Shown here one piece after another: positions 1 through 10,308 of a DNA stretch of 64,000 nucleotides. The stretch lies in IMG/VR virus record IMGVR_UViG_3300020200_000009, positions 25,744 through 89,743 of that record. One strand, 5' to 3'. Every line of letters starts with the position of its first letter. The first letter of the stretch is position 1. The DNA is from a virus. The notes beneath the pieces were generated by a model that saw nothing but the letters and a program-made list of their open reading frames with translations, was not told the DNA's origin and ran no database searches. The translations under genes were made by a program, and so were the position numbers.

Positions 1-3000
1 GTTGCAAACTGTGCTGATGTTAAATCGTATATTGCAACACTTACTGATATTGCAGTTGATGCCATCGTTGCTGGAAATCTGGATAACATTAATGCACTGT
101 CAAGTATTACTGATGGCACATATGAAGACGGTGAAAATGTTAGGTCAACTAAACTTGCCTTTAAGAATAAATCTACAGGATTATTCACAACTGGAGACCA
201 GATTAAAGGTGTAACTAGTAATGCAATTTTCAAAGCAATTGGGTCTAATACAGGACTGAAGTGGATTTATGCTGGACCAATCACTGGAACATTCCAAGTT
301 GGTGAGTATATTACAAATTCAACTCTTACAAATCAAGGTGGTGTTACTCAAAGTGTTGTTGTTAAGAAAGCAGAATTAAGTGGCACAAAATCTCTCAAAT
401 TCTCTGGCACCTCATATCTTAGTGCAGCAGAATCATATGATTTTAATTTTGGTGCTGTAGATAATTTTACACTTGAGGGTTGGATTAGACCATCTGGTAT
501 CACTGGCACCCAACATATCTTTGATTTAAGAAGGGTTGTTGATTCTGGGTTAAGAGTTATCATGGATAATAAAAAACTCAGAGTTTATGATGGCACAACA
601 TCATTAATCATTAGTGCAGATGTATTTAATACGGCAAACACATGGTATCACGTTTCAGTCGTAAGAACTAATAATGTCCTTCAGGCATATGTAAATGGTG
701 CACAAGTTGGGTCTAATTATGCAGATACTAACAATTATAAGTATGCACCATGCTACGTTGGATCTAGTTTCCAGGGCACCAGTGCATTTACTGGATATAT
801 GGATAATGTATATGTGAAGAAGGGCGAGTCAGACCATACTGGTGCTTTCACACCCCCAACACAAATTGATTATACAGATAGTAACATTGTGCTTGGATTG
901 GATGGAGAAGGTCCACTTATTGTTTCGACAACAGACACTTATGCAACGTTAACTAGTGTTAATGTGTATAGCTCAACTATCAAAGTAGTAGACTATGAGA
1001 ATTTGAGTTTTGTAATTAAAGATATTGACCTTGGTAGAAAAGAATACAGAGATTGTGCAAAAATTATTGGTGTGAATTCAGCTTGGATTGCTGATGAAGC
1101 AGTTGGACGCATGAAAACTCAGTTTCCTGATTTCATTATGCCTGGAGATGACCCAGGAAGTAATCAATATGGTGGCACAAATTACTGCATAAGAGACACA
1201 AGAGATTTTATTATTCCAGCTTTGGTAAAAGATTTAGAAACTGGAGGAAATTATAATACTTTATATACTGCTCGTACATATCTGACAACATCTGGTAAAT
1301 TGCAGCATATTGGAAATGAAATTCTTCAAACTGTATATACTTGGGATGAAGTAAGCAATATTATGATTGATGTAATCACTACAGTAAGTAGTGATTTGAC
1401 TGGTGCATATTCAGATAGACTTCGTATTCCAAATAATTTTGCTTCACCTGCATCACAAGCGGTGCAAGATGAAATCCGTAAACTTATGGATGACATGTTG
1501 GAGGTTATTGCACCATCTCCTGATAGATTCCGTGATTCTGGAGTTATTATTTGGAAAAACCGCGATTATATTGCTGATGAAGTTGTTGGTTATATTCAGA
1601 ACAAATATGTCCAAACTCTTGGTGGTGTTGCAGTAGATTTCCTGATTATTCCTGGTGGAGATGCCGCATGTAAGAAAGATATTAAGACTTATATTATTCC
1701 AGCAATTATTGCTGATTTAGCGACAGGCGGCACATATCAAACACAAACTGTAATTGACAATTATCTCGATAGTCAAAAGAATATTTTGTTTGTTGAAGAT
1801 GAATTAAATCCAATGTTGGATGCATTTAATAGGACAAAAGAATTGTGCCAATATGCAATTAATAATCTTCTGTTGAACCCAGGTGAAACTGCTGCTGGTT
1901 TAGGGGTGCCAACCTGGGTGCAAGATGACTATTATGAGCCACAATATACTACGAAAAATGCATATCGTGATACAACAATTACTATTGATGATGAAGGATA
2001 TCCACAAACCAATCGTGTCAAAAATGATAGATTCATTGATGCAACTAATTTAATCAAGTCTAATAAAGAATTAATTGCTCAAGAAGCAGTTGCAATAATG
2101 AATAATCTATCTAAATTTGGAGATTTACAAATTCCTGGAGGGCACGTTAACTGTGAAGATGATGTTAAAGATGTATTAGATGCACTTATCCATGATTTAC
2201 TGTATGATTGCAATGATAGAATATATGGAGCAGCATCACTGTATATTGAGCCAGAAAATAATTCTCTTAGACATATTGAGTCTGAATGGGAAGCATCTGT
2301 AACAACGTTTAAAATTGTTAGAGATATTGCAACTCTAACAATGAGAAATGCTTTCGGTAGAGATTATATTCCTGGCACAAATAGATCTACTACAGCTGTA
2401 GAAAGCTATGAGCAGAATCCAAAAGACACTATTTTTGCAGACTGCGGTAATGCAATTGATGGAAATATTCGTTATATTGCCGAGCAAGCAGTATATGATG
2501 GACAACAACAATATCCAACTCTTGTAATTCCAGGTGGCTCAATTAACTGTGTGCATGATGTTACTGATATCTTAGAAGCTCTGGTATTTAACCTTAAGTA
2601 TGGTGGTGATAACTGGATGCAATATGCTACAGAATACTATGTAAACTATTCTGGTAATTTACAGCATATTACATCTCAATCAGCTCAAACTATTTGGATT
2701 TTGAATAGAGCTAGAGATCTTGCAATTAAGGCAATTAAAGATGCTCCAATTACAAATAACTCTGGGTCTACTAATATTCAAAGATATTATGATGCTGCAC
2801 CAAATCCAACAAACCAACTGAGAAATTCAAATCAAACAACTGGAGTTATTATTACTGCATTTAATAACTCAGTCACCAGAACGTTTGCAGCAGGTACAAA
2901 TAATATTGAAAATGCTGACAATACTAGCACTGGTATGGATAACAGTGACGATTTTGTTGCTCGTTGTGTTACGATACTTCCATCAACTACTCCAGTGAAT

Positions 3001-6000
3001 TGTGTATTATTTGAAGGTGGTAGCACTGCCCAGGGCACATGGATTGGTTTCAGAGATAATGGCACTTATTTAAGATTACGTGCAGGTACTGGAACTACTG
3101 CATATTCTGGAGGTGCAAGTTATACTAGTGATACTGGATTAGCAATGTTAGATATTCCTGTCTCAACATTGACTACAGCTGGTTACATGGATGGTAACCA
3201 ACATGAATTAGTCTGGGAAGTTAGAGTTGGCGGTAATATTGCAACTGGACCAGGAAGAGTTAGATTGTTTATTGATGGTAACCTTGTTGGCGAAGCATCT
3301 ACACCTGGTGTTTTAAATACTGGTCTTGGCGCTGCAGCAGGACTTTGGTCTAATGGTAACGTAGGAACGTTTGCAGCAACTGCAGCTGCAGTACCAAATG
3401 GAGAGCCAACTACAGCATGGCCATACCAAATTACTGGCACCATGTCTTACTATCGTGGTCGTTTAGTAGACCCAGGTTATACTGGTAATGAGGCAGCAGC
3501 AGTTATTGCTGATATTACGACCTTAATGCAAAAAGTTACCAGTGGTATTCAAACTCCAGCAACGGTTGCAACTCGTACATATACCTTACCAATAGTTTGG
3601 CCAGTTAAATTTACTCCAGAATCTGTTAAGCGTGATTTAAGTATTACATTTGATTCTGCTGGCGGTGGCAGTGGTGCAACCAGTACTTGGAATGCTACAT
3701 GCTCAGAAGTTGCTTCTGCAATCAATACATTAATGGAAATATTAATTGATACTATTGAAAATGCAGCAAATAGTAATATTAATTATCTTTCAAGTATAAC
3801 TAGAACATTTAAACCAACAAATAATACCATATATCAATATGGCACTTGCCATGATGTTGTGTCTGCGATAGATACGCTGTTTACCTTAATGTCTGAGACA
3901 TTAGGTGCTGGTGCAGAGAATGCAAAAATGGTTGCAAATATGATTCTCTTCAATCAAACAGCAATTGCTACAAGAGCACTTGATAAAACTACTTCATATT
4001 ATGGCACAACAAATCTAACGATTGGATTCTGTAATAATGTCCTTAAAGCACTTCGTTATGACATGATTACTGGAGGAAATGGGGCAACATTCTACTTGCT
4101 GCAGAGTTGGTTTGATGGCGAAGGAAACTTTATTGCATTCCCCACTGTAACTAGGTCTCATTTAATATATTGCATTACAAGACTCAGAGAATACATTAAG
4201 AGTGCAATGTATTTACTAGGTAGTGACCCAGCGTGGGCAACATATACCACTTATGACCCACCTGGAAGATTAGAATGGTATCAAGAAGCTGCAGAATTTA
4301 TTATAGATTCTTCTCTTAACCCGATTGAATTTGCATTAAGAAATTCTAAATTCCCAACTGAAGCAAAAGTAACATTCCAAGCATCTGCTCATGCAGTAAA
4401 TCTTAAGAATACTTACAATATGGGAATTGATTACAATACTGACCCAGCACTTGTTACTCTCTTACCATTGATAGAAGTCGGATACGAGCGTGCTGAATAT
4501 AGAATTAGAATTAATCGTCCTAACTTCTTCCGTAGAGGAGATATTCTCCAATATGTCCCAGCATCGTCAACTCCTCTTACTGGTTTGCAAAGTAATGAAT
4601 ACTTCTATGTAATTAATGCAGAAGCAAGTTGGTTTGAAATTGGTGCCCACTATATTCATGATGGAAGATTTAGAAAATTTGAGGTAAGCACTACAAATAC
4701 TGGAGCACAAATTTTACAGGTTGTTAGAAGATCTGGAGTTGTACAGAAAGATCCTATTTTTGCAGTTGACCCATCAGATACACCAGTGCTTGGAGGATTT
4801 AATCTATCTGATATAATCTATGGAGTTACTTCAGAAGCATCTGCTGAGGTTGGGTTTGTGCAGAAGAATCTGGCCAAGATATTCAAAACATTCAACAGAT
4901 ATGACTTGATTGATGTCTCTGAAACATTGGGCGTATATGACAACTTTATAAATGGTGAGCAAGTTGTAGTCCAAGGAGCAACAACTAATACTGGATATGT
5001 TTATCAAACCAAAAATACAAATGATGATGGTGAAACATTTGTAAATATCATTGACAAAATTGGCACTATTTCAATTGGTGATACCATCTTAGGTATTACT
5101 AGTGGCACGACTGCTGAAATTGCTGCTATTTCTGACAGGATGTTGTTAAATGTCAAGTCTGGTGATTTCGCAGCAAATCAATGGTTGTTTGCAGAAAATG
5201 ATGCAACGGAAGCATACATTACCGAATATGTAAATAAGAGCGGCACATTGACAGGGAATACAGGAGGACGTATCACAATTGATGTTGAGACTATTCAGAA
5301 TAGTTGGAATACTGGTGATGTAATTTATGGAAGTTTGACCGATTATATTCTTGATGTCAAAGGTATTTCTGGCACTCAACTTCAATTGAATCAGTATATT
5401 CACGGAACGAATGTTTATCAATTAGAGTTAGGAGTTGCAATTACGGATACTGGTGTTGCCGATACATTTAGACCTGGAGATGAAGTATATCTGCTTCAAG
5501 GAACTACGATTAAGAATCCTGGATTCAAAGCTACCGTGACAGAGTATATTAACGATACTATCAATAATATCCATAGATTGTTTATCGCAAACTTGATTGA
5601 TGTTGGAACAGGAGCACCTATTTCAGAAGTTGCTATCAGCTCAAATAATATTGGTAAAGTTGATATCGGGTCTAACTTCCCAACAGTTTACGCAAACACA
5701 ATTTCTTACACTAATACTGGATATACTTCTTATGGTAAAGTTGTTGCAATTGAGCAAAGTGGGATTACTGCGAAAATCTGGGTAGAAAACGCAGTTGGTG
5801 ACTTTGTTAATAACATGACTGTTAAGTCAGATTATGGATGGGGCGCAGGCGTATCCAAAGCAACTATTCTCCAAGGTAGAGTTGATAGATATTTCCGTGG
5901 ATTTGATGGATCTCAAACAACATTTAGTCTGACTATTAATAATGGAGAAGCATACTTCCCAGATCCAGCAGGACATTTACTTGTATATGTAAATGCTGTT

Positions 6001-7185
6001 TTACAACCACCTGGTCCTACAAATGCTTATATTGCATTCTCTGATAAAATTCAATTTACTGAAGCACCTGAAGTTGGGTCAGAATTTATTGGGTCTTACA
6101 TAGGTAAACTTCGTCAACTAGATGATATTAGCTTTGAGTTTGATTCATTGCGCTCATCGTTTAACTTAAAGCGTGGCGGTCTTTTCTACTCACTAACCTT
6201 AACCGAAGGGTCGTCTTCTGCTACTATTTTACCAGAAAATAATATTCTTGTATCTCTGAATGGAATTATTCAAGAACCAGGTGTTGCTTATAGATTAGTT
6301 GGGTCTAGAATTATTTTCTCAGAAGTGCCAAGATCTGGAGCATCGTTTGTAGGATTCTCATATATCGGTAGTGATGCTGATGTTATTGCTGCAGATGTGG
6401 TGCCACCTATTGAATCTGGAGACAAATTATTCATTGAAGGTGAAGAATTTGCTCGTGAAGTTGCTGTTATTGAGTCTTCTAACTCATTAGTAACATTTGA
6501 ATATACTGGGTCGGTTAAAGGTAGAAATGCTGCTGCACTAGCACAAATTAAAGGTGGTCAACTAACAAGTGCAATTTTAACAAATCCTGGTAATGGATAT
6601 ACAACACGCCCCAACGTAGATATAATTTCATCCTCAGGTTTTGATGGAAGAATTAAAGCTCTGATGGGTATCACAAGAATTGATGTTAAAACTCCTGGAG
6701 TTGGATATAAGAATCCAGTTGTTGCTGTAGACACAACTGTCCCAGATGATTTTGTTTCTCCAACTGGCACTCCAATTAATGGTGGTATTGATATTTACAA
6801 CCCCGATGAAAATGATGATATTATTGATAATCCTATTCCTCCTGGTTTTATCGCTATCAATCAAAACCCTGTAAACGTAACTGTTAACCAAGGTCAAACT
6901 GCATTATTTACAGTTGCTGCTACGGTATCTAATAATCAAACTCTAAATTATCAATGGCAGAAGAAAGAATATGGTGCTGTAACTTGGTCTAATATTATTG
7001 GAGCAAACCAAGCAACATATATTACATTGAATGCTGCTCAATCTGATGATAATGATGAATTTAGAGTTGCAATTACTGCTGCTGGTGCTGCGCCAACTTA
7101 TTCGTTGTCTGCAATTATTACTGTGCAGACAGGAGCAACAGTAATTAATAACTTTAATCCATCAAATATTTTTGATGACATCTAA
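1..7185 (+). CDS. Giant virion baseplate wedge/structural protein (gp7-like), 5'-truncated; LamG-like domain near the window start, Ig-like domain at the C-terminus
   Basis: Frame 1 is open from base 1 through the track start at 562 to TAA at 7185. LamG-like segment (FTLEGWIRP...WYHVSVVR...YVNGAQV...FTGYMDNV), repeated helical 'CxxDVxxxxxA..DL..GG' units, 'FDGSQTTFSL...VNAVLQ.P...IQFTEAP' repeats and a terminal 'QNPVNVTV...YQWQ' Ig-like unit. Lies upstream of gp8. Confidence 0.75.
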   Translation, partial: VANCADVKSYIATLTDIAVDAIVAGNLDNINALSSITDGTYEDGENVRSTKLAFKNKSTGLFTTGDQIKGVTSNAIFKAIGSNTGLKWIYAGPITGTFQVGEYITNSTLTNQGGVTQSVVVKKAELSGTKSLKFSGTSYLSAAESYDFNFGAVDNFTLEGWIRPSGITGTQHIFDLRRVVDSGLRVIMDNKKLRVYDGTTSLIISADVFNTANTWYHVSVVRTNNVLQAYVNGAQVGSNYADTNNYKYAPCYVGSSFQGTSAFTGYMDNVYVKKGESDHTGAFTPPTQIDYTDSNIVLGLDGEGPLIVSTTDTYATLTSVNVYSSTIKVVDYENLSFVIKDIDLGRKEYRDCAKIIGVNSAWIADEAVGRMKTQFPDFIMPGDDPGSNQYGGTNYCIRDTRDFIIPALVKDLETGGNYNTLYTARTYLTTSGKLQHIGNEILQTVYTWDEVSNIMIDVITTVSSDLTGAYSDRLRIPNNFASPASQAVQDEIRKLMDDMLEVIAPSPDRFRDSGVIIWKNRDYIADEVVGYIQNKYVQTLGGVAVDFLIIPGGDAACKKDIKTYIIPAIIADLATGGTYQTQTVIDNYLDSQKNILFVEDELNPMLDAFNRTKELCQYAINNLLLNPGETAAGLGVPTWVQDDYYEPQYTTKNAYRDTTITIDDEGYPQTNRVKNDRFIDATNLIKSNKELIAQEAVAIMNNLSKFGDLQIPGGHVNCEDDVKDVLDALIHDLLYDCNDRIYGAASLYIEPENNSLRHIESEWEASVTTFKIVRDIATLTMRNAFGRDYIPGTNRSTTAVESYEQNPKDTIFADCGNAIDGNIRYIAEQAVYDGQQQYPTLVIPGGSINCVHDVTDILEALVFNLKYGGDNWMQYATEYYVNYSGNLQHITSQSAQTIWILNRARDLAIKAIKDAPITNNSGSTNIQRYYDAAPNPTNQLRNSNQTTGVIITAFNNSVTRTFAAGTNNIENADNTSTGMDNSDDFVARCVTILPSTTPVNCVLFEGGSTAQGTWIGFRDNGTYLRLRAGTGTTAYSGGASYTSDTGLAMLDIPVSTLTTAGYMDGNQHELVWEVRVGGNIATGPGRVRLFIDGNLVGEASTPGVLNTGLGAAAGLWSNGNVGTFAATAAAVPNGEPTTAWPYQITGTMSYYRGRLVDPGYTGNEAAAVIADITTLMQKVTSGIQTPATVATRTYTLPIVWPVKFTPESVKRDLSITFDSAGGGSGATSTWNATCSEVASAINTLMEILIDTIENAANSNINYLSSITRTFKPTNNTIYQYGTCHDVVSAIDTLFTLMSETLGAGAENAKMVANMILFNQTAIATRALDKTTSYYGTTNLTIGFCNNVLKALRYDMITGGNGATFYLLQSWFDGEGNFIAFPTVTRSHLIYCITRLREYIKSAMYLLGSDPAWATYTTYDPPGRLEWYQEAAEFIIDSSLNPIEFALRNSKFPTEAKVTFQASAHAVNLKNTYNMGIDYNTDPALVTLLPLIEVGYERAEYRIRINRPNFFRRGDILQYVPASSTPLTGLQSNEYFYVINAEASWFEIGAHYIHDGRFRKFEVSTTNTGAQILQVVRRSGVVQKDPIFAVDPSDTPVLGGFNLSDIIYGVTSEASAEVGFVQKNLAKIFKTFNRYDLIDVSETLGVYDNFINGEQVVVQGATTNTGYVYQTKNTNDDGETFVNIIDKIGTISIGDTILGITSGTTAEIAAISDRMLLNVKSGDFAANQWLFAENDATEAYITEYVNKSGTLTGNTGGRITIDVETIQNSWNTGDVIYGSLTDYILDVKGISGTQLQLNQYIHGTNVYQLELGVAITDTGVADTFRPGDEVYLLQGTTIKNPGFKATVTEYINDTINNIHRLFIANLIDVGTGAPISEVAISSNNIGKVDIGSNFPTVYANTISYTNTGYTSYGKVVAIEQSGITAKIWVENAVGDFVNNMTVKSDYGWGAGVSKATILQGRVDRYFRGFDGSQTTFSLTINNGEAYFPDPAGHLLVYVNAVLQPPGPTNAYIAFSDKIQFTEAPEVGSEFIGSYIGKLRQLDDISFEFDSLRSSFNLKRGGLFYSLTLTEGSSSATILPENNILVSLNGIIQEPGVAYRLVGSRIIFSEVPRSGASFVGFSYIGSDADVIAADVVPPIESGDKLFIEGEEFAREVAVIESSNSLVTFEYTGSVKGRNAAALAQIKGGQLTSAILTNPGNGYTTRPNVDIISSSGFDGRIKALMGITRIDVKTPGVGYKNPVVAVDTTVPDDFVSPTGTPINGGIDIYNPDENDDIIDNPIPPGFIAINQNPVNVTVNQGQTALFTVAATVSNNQTLNYQWQKKEYGAVTWSNIIGANQATYITLNAAQSDDNDEFRVAITAAGAAPTYSLSAIITVQTGATVINNFNPSNIFDDI

Positions 7186-7199
7186 ATAAAAGGAAAAAC

Positions 7200-8801
7200 A
7201 TGCCTGCAAACGCCAGTTACAACAATGCTACAAAAAGACTTGCAGTGTCTGCGGATAATCTTCCAGGACCTGTAAGTCGTGGCACATTTCCAAACCAGAA
7301 TAATACAAATACTGTAACAGAGCAAGATTTTGATCATGAGTTTTTATATCGTGGTGGCACTTTTGGAGTTACACGTACATTTGATAGTAATGCTTGGACG
7401 CAAACTGGATTTATTAGAAGTATTACTCTATCTGTAGCAGATAATGCATTGTTTGGGGTTAATAATCAAATTAGAAGTGGAGACCATCTCTTCTTTGTTT
7501 TTAGTGATGGAATAAAAAGAAAATTTTTATTTACTGGCACTACATTTACATCGATTGCTGATAGGTGTTGGTTAGCTGCAGATAATAGACTTGATTTGAT
7601 TATGACAAATCAAGCAGCGTCAACTGGCACATACACATACTATGACCAAAGAAATGGGCGATCGGCAACCCCACTTGGTGCTATTGGAATTGCAGCAAAT
7701 GGAGTAGTATTATTCAATCCAAGTGCAGGGACTGCTGCAAATCCACCATTTGGATTTAATTGGAATACATACAGGCAGGATTCTACAACTCCTATTAATT
7801 TCGGTGAAGATACTTGTGGTGGACGACCAGATGTAACAGGTCAATACCACTACCAGGATAGTTCTATTTTAACCTGTTGGCGAACCTCTGGAGCGATGTC
7901 TACTTATAATGATTATTATGGAAGCTCCCAATATAATGGTGATAATATTAGGCATCCAGATGGACATTCAAAAATTATAGGATTTTCATTTGATGGATTC
8001 CCCATATACGGACCATACGCATACAACAGTCCTTGGGATAATTTAAGTGGAGTCAAATATTTGACTTCATCTTTTGAGATTAGAAATACTGAAGTTTCTG
8101 GAAGACCACAATATGGTGCTACACTTCAAAATCCTCCTGCTGGCTCATTAATGCAGGATTGGCGATATGAAGAGGGTTTAGGTGACCTGGATATACATAA
8201 CGGAAGATTTTGTATAACTCCAGAATATCAAGATGGCACGTATGCATATTTTATTTCTATTGATTCTAATGGAAAGCCTGCATTTCCATATATAATTGGC
8301 ACGTCTACTAGGGAAACTATTGACCCACCGCCAGGAAATGGAGCAAGAGCTCCAGAGCTTCCGCCGCCTCCACCACCACCTGATTACGTCAGACCAACTC
8401 TTCAATTCACGTTACAACCACAAAATGCAACTGTAAATGCTAATCAATCTGTAACATTTACTGTACAAGGTCAAGTGGTTACAAGCGAAGCAGCAACTTC
8501 AATTGGATATCAATGGTTTAGATCGACTGATGGCGGTTTTGCGTTTGCTGCTATTACTGGAGCAACGAATAGCACATATACTATAACTGCTCTAGCATAT
8601 ATGACTGGGTATCGATACAGATGTCGTATTACTGGACCTTTAGGAGTGCCTACAAATCGTACTGCATCAAATTCTCCCCTAGATTCAAATACAGCAGTCC
8701 TAACAGTCACTGGTGGTGGAGATGGTGGAAGTCTAAACAATAGATTTGATTCTTCATCATCAAGATTTGACTCGACTTCACAAAGATTTGACGGCACCTA
8801 A
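7200..8801 (+). CDS. YHYH-family domain protein with poly-Pro linker and Ig-like domain; probably virion-associated
   Basis: IGIAANGVVLFNP, DTCGGRPD..GQYHYQ, HSKIIGFSFDGFPIYGPY and DLDIHNGRFCITPEY...FPY match YHYH-family motifs. C-terminal RFDSSSSRFDSTSQRFD tail. Late-promoter-like CTAAATA upstream. Confidence 0.75.
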   Translation: MPANASYNNATKRLAVSADNLPGPVSRGTFPNQNNTNTVTEQDFDHEFLYRGGTFGVTRTFDSNAWTQTGFIRSITLSVADNALFGVNNQIRSGDHLFFVFSDGIKRKFLFTGTTFTSIADRCWLAADNRLDLIMTNQAASTGTYTYYDQRNGRSATPLGAIGIAANGVVLFNPSAGTAANPPFGFNWNTYRQDSTTPINFGEDTCGGRPDVTGQYHYQDSSILTCWRTSGAMSTYNDYYGSSQYNGDNIRHPDGHSKIIGFSFDGFPIYGPYAYNSPWDNLSGVKYLTSSFEIRNTEVSGRPQYGATLQNPPAGSLMQDWRYEEGLGDLDIHNGRFCITPEYQDGTYAYFISIDSNGKPAFPYIIGTSTRETIDPPPGNGARAPELPPPPPPPDYVRPTLQFTLQPQNATVNANQSVTFTVQGQVVTSEAATSIGYQWFRSTDGGFAFAAITGATNSTYTITALAYMTGYRYRCRITGPLGVPTNRTASNSPLDSNTAVLTVTGGGDGGSLNNRFDSSSSRFDSTSQRFDGT

Positions 8802-8826
8802 ATAACACTGTAAAGAGTAACTATCA

Positions 8827-10305
8827 ATGGCTAAACAAAATATTAACATAGGTACATCTGCCAATGATGGGACTGGAGACAGTCTTAGAGATGGCGCTAT
8901 TAAAGTAAATAGCGTAATCAATGAAATTTATACCAATCTAGGCAATGATACTAATCTTTTAGTGAATGTTAATAATCCTGTAGATGGACAAGTGCTCAAG
9001 TGGAATGGCACAGTCTTTGCAGAAGGTCATTTTGATGCGTTAAGTGCAGATTTAAATGTTAAAGGTTTTAGAATTATATCACAAACAAATGGTGATATAG
9101 TAATTAAGCCGCATGGCACAGGGGATATTAAATTTTGGGCAGGCAATACTGGTAGTGCATACACTTATATTGATGGTGCTGATGGTAAATTAAAATACAC
9201 TAATGTGTATGATGATATAACTGATTTACCAAATGCAACTAGTCATCATGGAATGTTTGCTCATGTGCATGAAACAGAAAGAGCATATTATGCCCATGGC
9301 GGTTCTTGGACTCAACTAATTGATAATGGGTCATCAATTGGAGAATTATTCGATGTTGACATGACTGTTGGAGGTGGTCCTTCAGCAGGTCAAGTATTAA
9401 AATGGAATGGAGAATCCTGGGCCCCTGCTAATGATTTACTAGGAGAGGGGGGCGGCGGTGGTGGTGTCGTAAATCAATGGTTATCTATTTTTGCAGATAG
9501 TGGACAAACTACTGCCAGTGCACCTACAGATGTTTTAACAATTGCTGGTGGAACAAATATATCAACTTCTATTAGTGGAGATACTCTTACTGTCGATTTC
9601 ACTGGAGAATTGGGAGGTCCAACTCAAAATGCCTTTGGCACTATTGGGGCTGACAATGGGAGTAATACTGCATCTACACCATCGGCAACAATCAATATTG
9701 TCGGTGGCACAGGTATTACTACAGCAATTAATGGTAGTAATTTAACTGTAACTAATAGTCAACCAAACATTGTCCAAGAAGTTTATAAAACTGTTGCTGG
9801 AGATACTGGGAATACCACAGCACAATTAGCAACTTCTACATTAACCATTGCTGGCGGTTTAGGTCTTACCACTGTAGCAACAACAAATACAATTACAGCA
9901 AATGCTCAGTTTTGGACTAATGGCACAATAGCAGAAAACAAAACTATTATTTTCGATGCTGATGGTCAATCTGTAATTACACCTAGTCCAACACTTGGAT
10001 GGACTATTACTGGCACTACTGGTGGAGGTTATAAATTTACTGGACCTGGAGTTTCAAGTGACACTTCCAATCCGACAATTTATGTGTATAGAGGATTTAC
10101 CTATAGATTTAATAATCAATCTGGAGTAGCGCACCCATTTGCACTACGTCAAAGTAGTGGAGGAAGTTCTGTTACTACTGGAGTAACTGGGTCACTCAAT
10201 GGTGTGCAATTTTGGACTGTGCCTATGTCTCTTGCTGCTGGCACGACATATGTCTATCAATGCACCCAACACCCAGGCATGATAGGAAACCTCGTGGTCG
10301 TATAA
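8827..10305 (+). CDS. Baseplate wedge/tail-fibre connector (gp9/gp10-like N-terminus) with C-terminal cupredoxin-like domain
   Basis: N-terminus MAKQNINIGTSANDGTGDSLRDGAIKVN resembles T4 gp9/gp10 N-termini. GQVLKWNG repeats. C-terminal H...CxxHxxM motif. Confidence 0.75.
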   Translation: MAKQNINIGTSANDGTGDSLRDGAIKVNSVINEIYTNLGNDTNLLVNVNNPVDGQVLKWNGTVFAEGHFDALSADLNVKGFRIISQTNGDIVIKPHGTGDIKFWAGNTGSAYTYIDGADGKLKYTNVYDDITDLPNATSHHGMFAHVHETERAYYAHGGSWTQLIDNGSSIGELFDVDMTVGGGPSAGQVLKWNGESWAPANDLLGEGGGGGGVVNQWLSIFADSGQTTASAPTDVLTIAGGTNISTSISGDTLTVDFTGELGGPTQNAFGTIGADNGSNTASTPSATINIVGGTGITTAINGSNLTVTNSQPNIVQEVYKTVAGDTGNTTAQLATSTLTIAGGLGLTTVATTNTITANAQFWTNGTIAENKTIIFDADGQSVITPSPTLGWTITGTTGGGYKFTGPGVSSDTSNPTIYVYRGFTYRFNNQSGVAHPFALRQSSGGSSVTTGVTGSLNGVQFWTVPMSLAAGTTYVYQCTQHPGMIGNLVVV

Positions 10306-10308
10306 TAA

